A DNA stretch of 60,470 nucleotides from an uncultured Clostridia bacterium (lineage in GTDB: Bacteria > Bacillota > Clostridia > TANB77 > CAG-508). The position numbers and the translations under genes were made by a program. Of this stretch, positions 1-9,939 are shown piece after piece. Positions within the stretch are counted from its first letter, which is position 1; each line of letters opens with the position of its first letter. The notes under the pieces were generated by a model. That model was given only the letters and a program-made list of their open reading frames with translations. It did no database searches and was not told the origin of the DNA. The stretch is taken from NCBI GenBank assembly GCA_948517135.1, contig CAORJJ010000002.1, forward strand, positions 671 to 61,140. The letters are read 5' to 3'.

Positions 1-4
1 TTTT

Positions 5-1219
5 TTATCTTTCATCACGATCTTTTTTTATGTTTTTTACAAAATATGAAATATCAGATTTTCTATCATGAACTATTTTTCTTGCCATATCAAATCTATC
101 TTTTATAGTAAGATTCTTTTTCTTTTCTTGTACAACAAGTTCTTTATCATAATTTAAATCACTAACATTTACAACTTTTGAATGCATTTTTTCCATAATT
201 GCAAAATTATAATATTCTTTTTCATTATCTGTTAGTGTTACTCCTGTCTTTCTTTCCATATCTTCAATTGCTTTACCTAAGTCCAAACTTACAACAGCAT
301 TATCAATCCAAGATTTGAACCATGGTTCTTTTGAATACTGAAGTGTAAAATCTTCAATGTATTCTTTATTTCCTTGTACTACCCTATGCTGTGTTTTCCC
401 TATTGTTTGAACATTAGCGCAAAAATCATAACTAAATAATGGAGCAAGTCTTAATCTATTATCTTCACCTTGTATAAGTCCCCATTTTTCATTTGATTCA
501 TTTTCATTAAATACAATTTTATTAAATAATGTTTGTTTTATCAAACCTTCTCTAATTTCTATTCTTGCCTTTTCTAAATCTTCATTTGGCAATTTATATT
601 TTTTATAATGCTTTTTAATATATTTATCTGTTGTTTCTAATATTTTTTCGAAATCTAGCAATAATCTATTAGGGTTTCCTTTGCAAAATGCCTTTCCCCT
701 AATTAACTTTTCTTTACCTTGTAAAAAGTTTTTAGTTAAATGAAGATTTTCGAATGTACCATGTTCATTTGTATATTCACCTTTATAATATATGGTTGCA
801 TCTATACCTATTTGTTTAGCAAGTTGTGGAATCAAAAAATTATTTTTTTCCGAAATATTTAAATACTCTGATTTTATTTGAGTTGACATATTTGCTGGAA
901 CAGTTGCTAAATATGAATCTAAATTTGAACTTAATATCCAAAATTTTCCTATTTTACTGTCTGCAAGTCTTCTCCTTGAAATTTCAAAGGCATAATCATT
1001 TAAGTTTATAATACCATCTTCATCAGGATCAATATGTTCATTATATTTTTTACTGTCATATATTTTATATAATCTAACTAATGAGTCACATCTTCTCATT
1101 ATATAGTCATTTGGCATCGTTCCATTTAAGTGATTTTCTAGTCCTTCAATTTCAACTTCTGATAATCCGTATAATTTAGCAGCTTTAATTAAATATTCTT
1201 GTTTTGTTAGTTTAGGCAA
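5..1219 (-). CDS. hypothetical protein with a weak, degenerate HipA-like kinase-fold resemblance
   Basis: 404-aa ORF with an apparent TTG start 11 nt after AGGAA, directly downstream of fba. By-eye motifs: STQIK (cf. HipA GxQxK), FNKIVFNENESNEKW (cf. N-x-D-D-H-x-K-N) and LAPLFSYDF (cf. LAPxYD). The catalytic Asp/His are not conserved. Confidence 0.55.
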   Translation of the reverse strand: MPKLTKQEYLIKAAKLYGLSEVEIEGLENHLNGTMPNDYIMRRCDSLVRLYKIYDSKKYNEHIDPDEDGIINLNDYAFEISRRRLADSKIGKFWILSSNLDSYLATVPANMSTQIKSEYLNISEKNNFLIPQLAKQIGIDATIYYKGEYTNEHGTFENLHLTKNFLQGKEKLIRGKAFCKGNPNRLLLDFEKILETTDKYIKKHYKKYKLPNEDLEKARIEIREGLIKQTLFNKIVFNENESNEKWGLIQGEDNRLRLAPLFSYDFCANVQTIGKTQHRVVQGNKEYIEDFTLQYSKEPWFKSWIDNAVVSLDLGKAIEDMERKTGVTLTDNEKEYYNFAIMEKMHSKVVNVSDLNYDKELVVQEKKKNLTIKDRFDMARKIVHDRKSDISYFVKNIKKDRDER

Positions 1220-1231
1220 TAAAAATCATTC

Positions 1232-2161
1232 CTAAGCTTTGTTTGCTGAACAGAAAACATCATTTATTTTATGAGCTACTGTTGCTTTGATTTCTTCTTT
1301 TGCTGCTCCTAAATATTTTCTAGGATCAAATACTGATGGTTCTTCATTAAATACTCTTCTTATTTGAGCTGTCATTGCTAATCTTAAATCAGTATCTACA
1401 TTTATTTTTGAAACTCCATTTTCTCCTGCTTGTTTTAACATTTCATCAGGACATCCTTTTGCACCAGGTATATTTCCACCATTATTGTTACACATTTCTA
1501 CAAGTTCAGGAACAACTGAAGATGCTCCATGTAAAACGATTGGTGTATTAGGTAATTTTTCTTTTATTTTTTGTAATATATCAAATCTTAATTTTGCATC
1601 ACCTTTAAATTTATAAGCTCCATGGCTTGTTCCTATAGCTATTGCTAAAGAATCAACACCTGTTCTTTGAACAAATTCATAAGCTTGGTCTGGATCTGTG
1701 TATCTTGCATCATCAGCTGCAACATTAACATCATCTTCAACTCCTGCTAATTTTCCAAGTTCTGCTTCAACTACAACTCCTTTTGAATGAGCATAGTCTA
1801 CTACTTTTTTAGTTATTGCAATATTTTCTTCAAAATCATATTTTGAACCATCTATCATAACTGATGTAAATCCTGCATCTATACACATTTTACATGTTTC
1901 AAAATCTGGACCATGATCTAAGTGAAGAGCAATAGGAATAGTTGTTGTTTCTACTGCTGCCTCCACCATTTTAATTAGATAATTCATTCTTGCATATTTT
2001 ATAGCACTTGAAGAAACTTGTAAAATTACTGGTGATTTAGCTTCTTCTGCTGCATCTGTAATTGCTTGTATAAACTCCATATTGTTTATATTAAAAGCAC
2101 CTATTGCGAAATGTTCTTTCATTGATTTTTCAAACATTTCTTTTGTTGTTACTAGTGGCAT
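1232..2161 (-). CDS. fba: class II fructose-1,6-bisphosphate aldolase
   Basis: 309 aa. AIGAFNINNMEF, LHLDHG and IGTSHGAYKF motifs are typical of metal-dependent class II FBA. GGAGG RBS, and its own TTGACA-17-TACAAT promoter upstream. Confidence 0.93.
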   Translation of the reverse strand: MPLVTTKEMFEKSMKEHFAIGAFNINNMEFIQAITDAAEEAKSPVILQVSSSAIKYARMNYLIKMVEAAVETTTIPIALHLDHGPDFETCKMCIDAGFTSVMIDGSKYDFEENIAITKKVVDYAHSKGVVVEAELGKLAGVEDDVNVAADDARYTDPDQAYEFVQRTGVDSLAIAIGTSHGAYKFKGDAKLRFDILQKIKEKLPNTPIVLHGASSVVPELVEMCNNNGGNIPGAKGCPDEMLKQAGENGVSKINVDTDLRLAMTAQIRRVFNEEPSVFDPRKYLGAAKEEIKATVAHKINDVFCSANKA

Positions 2162-2269
2162 AGTATCTTCCTCCTTTAAATTATTTTTTCACTTCATACA
2201 TTGTATAATCTTAACTGTTCTATGTCAAGTGAAATTTAAGAAGAGTTCCTCGATTTGTTATAATACTTT

Positions 2270-2542
2270 TCACTCTGTCACAACTTTATTATTCGTGCTT
2301 TTATCTAGAATTATATTCTTTATATCATTAAAATCAATTTCCAAAACAGATGCAAGTGCTATAAGTTCAAAATCTTTAACACTCATCTTAAAATTTTCAA
2401 TTCTATATATTTCATTTCTATCAAAATTAACTCCTAATTCTTTTAGTTTTCTACATAAAAGTGCTTTTGAATATCCTTTTTTCTTTCTCTCCTGAGACAA
2501 AAAATCACCTATTACATTTATTTTATTATTATATTTTTTCAT
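2270..2542 (-). CDS. XRE (Cro/C1) family helix-turn-helix transcriptional regulator
   Basis: 90 aa. The HTH segment KGYSKALLCRKLKELGVNFDRNEIYRIE is present. It starts 20 nt after the adhesin stop with a GAGGTG RBS, so it is probably co-transcribed. Confidence 0.8.
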   Translation of the reverse strand: MKKYNNKINVIGDFLSQERKKKGYSKALLCRKLKELGVNFDRNEIYRIENFKMSVKDFELIALASVLEIDFNDIKNIILDKSTNNKVVTE

Positions 2543-2562
2543 CTATATTTCACCTCATAATT

Positions 2563-5500
2563 CTATACATTAATTTCCTTTTTATTTCTTTTCACTGATT
2601 TCTTTTGGTTATAAAATAGTACTTTCCAAGATATTAGAGCAATTATAAAACCTATAATTGTTATTATGTTTTTCTTTTCACCTCCAGTACTTGGAAATTC
2701 ATATTCTTTTGAATTAATAATCAATATATCTCCATTTTCTTTAATTATAACATCAGGTGCATCTTTTAATGCTGTTATTTTAGGAATAGGATTTTCCTGA
2801 ATTTCAAATTTTATTTTCCATTGTCCTGATGGAAGATGTCTTCCTGATAAAGCCTTTGTTTCAAGTAATCTGTATTCATATGTAATATTCAAGTCACTTA
2901 AATTAATTATTCCTTTATTAGAAGTGGTATATTCTTTAACTTTTTCCCAACACGAAGATACTTCTTTACAATCAATTAATTCACTATCATGATATGCTTC
3001 ATCATGTTCTTTACAAATTAATCTATATAATGAAAATTCTGTATCACCTATTTTAACATCATTATTTTCCTTAGCAACTTTAACAATAGTTAAATTAGTT
3101 GTTCTTACTCTATAATAATATATAACTTCTGTGTTTTCTTCGATTATTCCTTTACTATTTTCAGGTATAGAAACTAATTCATATATTTTGTAATCAACTC
3201 TAGTCTCTGGAGCCTGAGTAGTTTCGTATTCATCTCCTTTATGATACAAATTTTCAGTATATCTTTCATCAGGATCCAACAAAACTTCTGTATTTGATGG
3301 GTCTTTTTGTGGTACTGGATCATCAGTTCCCTCTAAATAATGATGTACAATTAATTTATAAGTTAGTTCTTTATAATAATAATTAACAATAATTATTGGG
3401 TTTTCAGATGTATATATTCCTTTGTAATTTTGAGGAATATATATATCATTTAAAAACTCCTCTGCTGTTTTATAATTTGAGTCTTCAAATTTTTCTACAT
3501 TCAATATTTCTAAAATTTCTTTTTCACTTTTTTCACCATAATACTCTTTATTAGTAATCAAATCATAATCAATATCCACTTTAGGAAGTGCTATATACTC
3601 TTGTCCACTTTCTCCAATATAATATTCACTTTTATCAACATTTTCTGTTGAAGATTCAACACTTCCTCTCCACAAATAATGATTAACTATCAATTTTAAT
3701 TCTTTTTCTTTTGGTGCAAATTCAACAACAATATGAATATTTTCTTTCATACTTTTAAAAATATCTAATATTGTACTTCCATCATCATTTAGTGTAAATT
3801 GATTAAATGCATTTCCATTTATTTCAATATTTTTTATTATATATCCCTCATCTGGTACAATTTTTATTTCACCTTTAGAATCAAATCCATAATAAACCTT
3901 TTCATTCGATATAGAGGTTAAAATCTTACCACCTTCAACTTCTTTATCTTCTTCTAAATGTTTTCTTACTTCTGTTGTTATTGTAAATTGTTTTAATATA
4001 TTTTCAATTTCTAATGATTGTTTTGTTGCAACAATAGCAGATGATGCACCTTCTGATATTACAAATCCTTCAAAATTTCCTAAACGCTTACATACTTGTA
4101 TTTCTCTTGTAGTTTCTTCGTCTTTTTTAAAATTTGTTGCAGTTAAAGTATTAGAACTAAAGAAACCACCTGCTACCCATCTACCATCTTCAGTTTCTGT
4201 AACTGAATTTATACCATTAACATTTTCGCCTTTTAGCATACTTGAATATTCAACTTTATAGTTTGAATCTAATTTTATAATATAACCATATGAAGTAAGA
4301 TTATTAGGTGTTCCATCTAATGCATATTTTTCTGTTAAGCCTTCTCCATTTATATCATTTGAATAATACCATCCACCAAATAAAATACCATTATCTGATG
4401 TTACTTTTACATCAGATACAAACTCACTTAAACTACCTGTTAAAGAATATAAAATTTGTTCCTGTATATTTTTTCCATCAATATTTATTTTATATATATA
4501 AGAATCATAATTACCAATATTTATTCCTGCAATTATACTATTATCTTTTGCAATATCAATACTTTCAATCCTTCCTCTGTTATAATAATTTGTACCAATA
4601 CTTTTAAATATATCTCTATAATTTCCTTCTAAAGAATATTCTACAACACCAGAAAAAAGTGCTAACCTGCTTTGTGTTGTAAGTGTTGGATATATTATCC
4701 CATTATAATTATTTAATGAAACTAATAAACCATCTGAATATTCAGCAACATCTGATACAAGCACATTTGAATTTTCACTTCTAATTCCTTGGCTCCATTG
4801 ATAATCACCATTAAAAGAATATGAGGCAATAAATCCATTTATATTAGATGAATTATTTATTGTATCTCTAACAGTAGAAGTATCTTTATTATAAAAATTA
4901 AAAATTCTACTATTATATTCACCTACTATAACAATATTTTTTTGACTTGTTTCTATAACAGATGTTATTTCTTCATCACCTATACCACCAAGTCTCACTC
5001 CCCATTGATAATTTCCAGATGAATCTAATTTTAATAATAATGCATCTTTTGCAGTAGAGTCTGAATTTTTTGTAAGACTTGAAATAATATTTCCATCATA
5101 TTTTACAGTATTTCCAGACACATAGCCAACTACAACATATCCATTATCTGAAGTGTGTATAACTTTATTAAATCCATCATCACCTGTACTACCAAAAGTC
5201 TTATACCAATTAATTTCACCTAATGAATTATATGAAATTATAATTCCATCCTCATTACCTTCTGATATCTTATCAATTATTTCATCATTATTAACATCAA
5301 TTCCACCTATTGTATCTAATATAGAATATTCTGAAAAAGTTCCTACGGCAATTGTTTCATTATTTTTTGAACTTGATACAGAATTAATATAATTCCACCC
5401 TTTTCCTCTAACAGAATTTATCCAATCTATCTTAGCAGATTGTGATGGTCCAATATAAAAATAATAAGTTCTATCTTCTTCCTTTTCAGGTAAAATATAT

Positions 5501-8500
5501 CCTTCTGGTGTTTCAATTTCTACTGCTTTATAAGTACCTTCTCCTATGTTAGCTGTTATTAAACCATTTGCATCTGTTTCTACTATATATCTATTTGTTG
5601 AAGCATCATATTCTCCAATATATTTACCATCAATTCCTTTTACATAGTTTCCTTCTAAATCTGTTATTATAAATTTAGTTCCTTCAATTGGTTGTTTTCC
5701 TTTTGTAATAGAATTATTACTATATTTATATAAAGAAAATATAGCAGTATCTTCTAAACCTATATTTACTATTGGATAAGAAGAATCTTGATTAACTATT
5801 TTTAAATCATTTATTTCACTTTCTTCGCCTGTATTCTCATCTTTTTGCTTTATTTTTCTAAGTAAATTTTCACCTTCAAGTATTACAATTCTAGGCTGTC
5901 CCTCGAGATTTCTCTCTAATTTAAATCTAAATTTAGTTAAATTTATAGAATATCCTGGTGGAGCATAGATTTCTTCTAAAATATATTCTCCTGTAATATT
6001 TTTACCTTCAATATATTCATATAAGCCATCAATTTTGAGTATACCATTTTTATTCGTAGTATAAACTTGTCCTTGTGATGGTATACCCTCTCCATATATC
6101 CTATATTGTGCATTTGCTAAAATTTTATCTTTTTCAATTCCGCTTTCATCTACTACCGTTTCATCTTTTGCATACTTAGTTAATTGTAAAGCATATGTAG
6201 GAATTTTTTTATTAGTTATATTGAAATTTACTATTGGAATATCTCCATAATCTTCAATACTACTTACAGGCTTTGAACTATTTTCTAAAAATAATAATTC
6301 AAACTTTCCATTATTATTTAAAACTTTAAAAATGATATCCTCTTCTAAATAATAGCCTGTTGCCTCAACCTCTTTTAAAACATATTCCTCATCTACCCAA
6401 AGTCCTGATACTAGAATTTCCCCATTTGAATCTGTTGTTAAAATTTCTCCATTTTTTCCTTTTCCACTAAGTGTAAACTTAATATTTTTTAGTGTCTCTC
6501 CTGTAACACTATCAGTCTTTTTTATTTTTAATTTTGATTTTATTTCATTATCAATTTCTAATTTAGCACTAAATTCATCTGTATTTTCTGAAGTTGTAGC
6601 ATTTCTCACATAATAATAAATATCATTTAATTTTGAATAAGTTCCATCATCATTAATATGTACAATTTGTAATATTTCTTTTCCTTCTGCATTTTTTCCC
6701 AAATATGTATAAAATTTTATTTCTTTATTATTTAATACATAATCATCTATATTATTTTCTTCTTTTAATATATATATCTTTTCTATAAATAAATTTGGAA
6801 TTATTATTTTTCCATCTTTGTTAGTAACTTTTATAGTACTTGAATTTTTTCCTTCTTCTGTAAGTGAAAACATAACTCCTGAAATCTTCTTATCTGTAAA
6901 TCTTTGATATTTTTCAATTTCCAGAGTATATGGTTTTCCAACCATTAATCCAAGTTTTGAACAAGCAGTTGAACCATGTAATAATCCTTTATCTGTTGAT
7001 AATGCATAATATAATGCATGTTCTGAATATGTAATTTCGTTATATTTTACATTTTCAGGTAAAGAAATTTCATATTTTAATTCTAAACTTTTGACTTTTA
7101 CAAAATCAAAAGAATTATCAATAATTACCATATATGATTTTATTGCATTCCAATCAGTTACTTCGTTTGCTAAAACCCATTTGTTATTTGCATCATTTTC
7201 ATCATTAGTTGTATTTTCTTCTGTTGAATAATATACTGTAATTTTATCCTTTAATTCTGGTGTTACAGCTTCTATTCCTTTTGAAGTCATATTAGTCGAA
7301 AATGTCGATTCCATATCTGTACCACTAAGTATATATTTGTTTCCTTTAAAAGGTATTACTCCATGAAATCTTACATTTTGTAAATTACCTTCATAATTAT
7401 TAATAGCAGATATTGTAATTGTAGCACTTCTTTGGTTTCTATCCACAACAGCAATTCTTGGAGCTATTGTAATTGAATTATTTTTATCGTAGTTACTTGC
7501 AATCTGAGTTGTATTTAAAGAACTTCCTGGATTAAATGTTATATTAATTGACTGATAATTAACTATTTCAGTTATATTATTATCATCATCAACATCATAA
7601 ATATCTGGCTTATTGTAATAATATTCTGTTCCTAACTCATTTACTGCATATAATTCTATTAAAGATTCTGTTTTAGTCCCTCTTGGATCTGGAGTTAAAT
7701 CACAATCTATTGTAATTGTATATAAATCTTCAATTATATTTTCTGTTAATATTTTTATAAAATAATTTCCATTTTCTTCATAAATATCATAAGCTGTTAT
7801 ATCTACATTTTCATTATCTATTGTTATACTATTTACTTCTGCCGATACAATATTTTCAGGTAATTTTACTAAAAATATACCATTCTTCCATTTACTTTCA
7901 TTATTACCAAAATTCTCTGTTGTAATTGTAATTTTTTCATTTTTGGCTGTTACTTGTGTAGATAATGTATTGTTTTCAATTGAAGTGGAAAAACTTGCAA
8001 TTGAAAATCTGCTACTATACATTGCAGTTGCATTCAATTCTATTCCTTGCCAAATAGTGTTTCCTGAATCATCAACAAAACCTGAAGTTATTCCCTTAAA
8101 ATAACTTGCTATTTCTATAAATTTAACAAATTCTTCTTTATCAATTTTTTTGGTAATATAATCATCATCAAGTTCTTTTATAGAATATATATTAAAATTA
8201 CTTTTCTTTTTAGGTCTACTACATTCAACTCTTATATGTTTAACAGAAACATCAAACAAGTATGGCCTATCATAAGTATAATAATTCCACGTTCTATCAT
8301 TAAACTCAGCTAATAATACATCTGTCTCATCATCAAAAACTTTTATCCAACCATTTGATCCTAATGAAGCAGTTGCACCTGAAAAATAAATTCCTCTATT
8401 AGTTACAAAATCCTCCATTGATATTCTTTCACCTTTAGAATTTATTAATTCATCAGATTTACCATTATCATTTAATATAATTTTTTCATATTTATCTTCA

Positions 8501-9891
8501 GTTCCTGCATATACACTCCATCTAACAACATATATATCATCCTTTTCTTCTAAAGATTTACCATTATATATATTCATTGGTTTATCTTTGGAAATTAAAT
8601 TTCTATAATATGGTAATCCTATATATGAACCAACTTCCATACCAAAACCAAGAGAACCTTCTTCTTCTTTTAAAGACCAATGAGTTAAAATAATTCCTTC
8701 AGAAACATTTGAAATTTGTGGATTTAAAAATCCATATTCTGTGTTTGGATTATTATAAGCTTTATTTATTGCTTTAACAGGAATAGATAAATCAAAATCT
8801 TTAATACTTCCATCTCCACTATCAAAAGCTTCTATTGGATATACAATTTTTAAATCATATTTATTATTTCTTACAGCAGTTCTGGAATTAACCGTTATGT
8901 CTGTATAAGCATTTGAAATTAAATTTCCATTTACATTTATTTTTGCTTCTCTTTGAGCTACAAATTCACCTGTTTCCTTATTATAATTATATTTTACATT
9001 ATTTCCAACAATTTCTACTGAAATTGGTTTGTACCCATGTAATTCTGGTATTGTTCCAGATATATATGAACCATACATTATTAGTTCATTTAAAGTTTCT
9101 GTACAATTAATTGAAACATCTAAACATACTCCTTCATCAGTTTTTAATTCATTAATATCATTAATATATTTAGTTTGACTTTTCGATTCTATATTACAAT
9201 CAACTTCTCCATACCAATCAATATTAATTGGAACTGTTTTAGTAAAATGTCTTTCATTTTCATTTTCTACATATGTTCCTGAAAAAACAATCCAATTTTG
9301 TAAACTATATTTTCTAGTATCATTTCCAATTGCTTCTCTTTTTTCACCTGTATTTTTATAATTTCCTGAACGAACTTCTCCCATTAATATTTTTTCAATA
9401 CCAGTAGTAATTGTATTTAGTTCTATTCTTTTAGTATTCGGAGATATACAATTGTTTGCTACTTCATTATCTTTAATTATTGCAGTACTTAAATAAAAAT
9501 TGTTTGAATTAATAGAGATTACTGCATCTTTTATATATCCCTCCTCTTTAACTGCAAATTTAAAATAAAGCTTTGATTGTTCACCAATTCTATTACAAGT
9601 TCCTCTAACTCTATTTGCATTATCATTTTCATCATTATCTGATAAAAAGAACGCATCAAATTCTAGTCCTTTTATCTCTTTATTGTTATCATCATTTACA
9701 ATAACATCTTTATCTTGAACAATTTCATAATTTTTAGTTATCAAAGCTTTTGGTGAAAATATTTGTTGCTGTGTTTTCTTTCCTTTTACAAATATACTAA
9801 TTATTGCTACAATTATTATCAAAAGAATAAATAAAATTTTAAACTTTAACTTTATATATGCAATTTTCCTTCTAGTTATTTTTTTCCTCAT
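2563..9891 (-). CDS. giant (2442 aa) multidomain cell-wall-anchored surface protein / adhesin
   Basis: Uninterrupted 7.3-kb ORF with an N-terminal TM/signal anchor (ILFILLIIIVAIISIFV). It has several CnaB/SpaA-like isopeptide-type repeats (e.g. KKTDSVTGETLKNIKFTLSG...GYYL) and a beta-propeller-like repeat block (DGFNKVIHTSDNGYVVVGY..., SBBP-like). Two MucBP-like modules are present (LKLIVNHYLW..., YKLIVHHYLEGTD...). The C-terminal sorting signal is FPSTGG (2680-2697) followed by a hydrophobic helix and a KKSVKRNKK tail. Confidence 0.85.
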   Translation of the reverse strand: MRKKITRRKIAYIKLKFKILFILLIIIVAIISIFVKGKKTQQQIFSPKALITKNYEIVQDKDVIVNDDNNKEIKGLEFDAFFLSDNDENDNANRVRGTCNRIGEQSKLYFKFAVKEEGYIKDAVISINSNNFYLSTAIIKDNEVANNCISPNTKRIELNTITTGIEKILMGEVRSGNYKNTGEKREAIGNDTRKYSLQNWIVFSGTYVENENERHFTKTVPINIDWYGEVDCNIESKSQTKYINDINELKTDEGVCLDVSINCTETLNELIMYGSYISGTIPELHGYKPISVEIVGNNVKYNYNKETGEFVAQREAKINVNGNLISNAYTDITVNSRTAVRNNKYDLKIVYPIEAFDSGDGSIKDFDLSIPVKAINKAYNNPNTEYGFLNPQISNVSEGIILTHWSLKEEEGSLGFGMEVGSYIGLPYYRNLISKDKPMNIYNGKSLEEKDDIYVVRWSVYAGTEDKYEKIILNDNGKSDELINSKGERISMEDFVTNRGIYFSGATASLGSNGWIKVFDDETDVLLAEFNDRTWNYYTYDRPYLFDVSVKHIRVECSRPKKKSNFNIYSIKELDDDYITKKIDKEEFVKFIEIASYFKGITSGFVDDSGNTIWQGIELNATAMYSSRFSIASFSTSIENNTLSTQVTAKNEKITITTENFGNNESKWKNGIFLVKLPENIVSAEVNSITIDNENVDITAYDIYEENGNYFIKILTENIIEDLYTITIDCDLTPDPRGTKTESLIELYAVNELGTEYYYNKPDIYDVDDDNNITEIVNYQSINITFNPGSSLNTTQIASNYDKNNSITIAPRIAVVDRNQRSATITISAINNYEGNLQNVRFHGVIPFKGNKYILSGTDMESTFSTNMTSKGIEAVTPELKDKITVYYSTEENTTNDENDANNKWVLANEVTDWNAIKSYMVIIDNSFDFVKVKSLELKYEISLPENVKYNEITYSEHALYYALSTDKGLLHGSTACSKLGLMVGKPYTLEIEKYQRFTDKKISGVMFSLTEEGKNSSTIKVTNKDGKIIIPNLFIEKIYILKEENNIDDYVLNNKEIKFYTYLGKNAEGKEILQIVHINDDGTYSKLNDIYYYVRNATTSENTDEFSAKLEIDNEIKSKLKIKKTDSVTGETLKNIKFTLSGKGKNGEILTTDSNGEILVSGLWVDEEYVLKEVEATGYYLEEDIIFKVLNNNGKFELLFLENSSKPVSSIEDYGDIPIVNFNITNKKIPTYALQLTKYAKDETVVDESGIEKDKILANAQYRIYGEGIPSQGQVYTTNKNGILKIDGLYEYIEGKNITGEYILEEIYAPPGYSINLTKFRFKLERNLEGQPRIVILEGENLLRKIKQKDENTGEESEINDLKIVNQDSSYPIVNIGLEDTAIFSLYKYSNNSITKGKQPIEGTKFIITDLEGNYVKGIDGKYIGEYDASTNRYIVETDANGLITANIGEGTYKAVEIETPEGYILPEKEEDRTYYFYIGPSQSAKIDWINSVRGKGWNYINSVSSSKNNETIAVGTFSEYSILDTIGGIDVNNDEIIDKISEGNEDGIIISYNSLGEINWYKTFGSTGDDGFNKVIHTSDNGYVVVGYVSGNTVKYDGNIISSLTKNSDSTAKDALLLKLDSSGNYQWGVRLGGIGDEEITSVIETSQKNIVIVGEYNSRIFNFYNKDTSTVRDTINNSSNINGFIASYSFNGDYQWSQGIRSENSNVLVSDVAEYSDGLLVSLNNYNGIIYPTLTTQSRLALFSGVVEYSLEGNYRDIFKSIGTNYYNRGRIESIDIAKDNSIIAGINIGNYDSYIYKINIDGKNIQEQILYSLTGSLSEFVSDVKVTSDNGILFGGWYYSNDINGEGLTEKYALDGTPNNLTSYGYIIKLDSNYKVEYSSMLKGENVNGINSVTETEDGRWVAGGFFSSNTLTATNFKKDEETTREIQVCKRLGNFEGFVISEGASSAIVATKQSLEIENILKQFTITTEVRKHLEEDKEVEGGKILTSISNEKVYYGFDSKGEIKIVPDEGYIIKNIEINGNAFNQFTLNDDGSTILDIFKSMKENIHIVVEFAPKEKELKLIVNHYLWRGSVESSTENVDKSEYYIGESGQEYIALPKVDIDYDLITNKEYYGEKSEKEILEILNVEKFEDSNYKTAEEFLNDIYIPQNYKGIYTSENPIIIVNYYYKELTYKLIVHHYLEGTDDPVPQKDPSNTEVLLDPDERYTENLYHKGDEYETTQAPETRVDYKIYELVSIPENSKGIIEENTEVIYYYRVRTTNLTIVKVAKENNDVKIGDTEFSLYRLICKEHDEAYHDSELIDCKEVSSCWEKVKEYTTSNKGIINLSDLNITYEYRLLETKALSGRHLPSGQWKIKFEIQENPIPKITALKDAPDVIIKENGDILIINSKEYEFPSTGGEKKNIITIIGFIIALISWKVLFYNQKKSVKRNKKEINV

Positions 9892-9939
9892 TTTCTTGCT
9901 CCAAATAATAGTTTATTTTAGTTTATTATAAGTATATTT

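Noticed and set aside
2082-2495. 137-aa plus-strand ORF, representative of many plus-strand ORFs in the track (e.g. 22048..22455, 28237..28662, 39618..40217, 40309..40674, 37514..37855)
   Set aside because: They lie antisense to long minus-strand genes with clear homology. They have F/L/I/S-rich translations typical of shadow ORFs in AT-rich DNA, and they lack an RBS.
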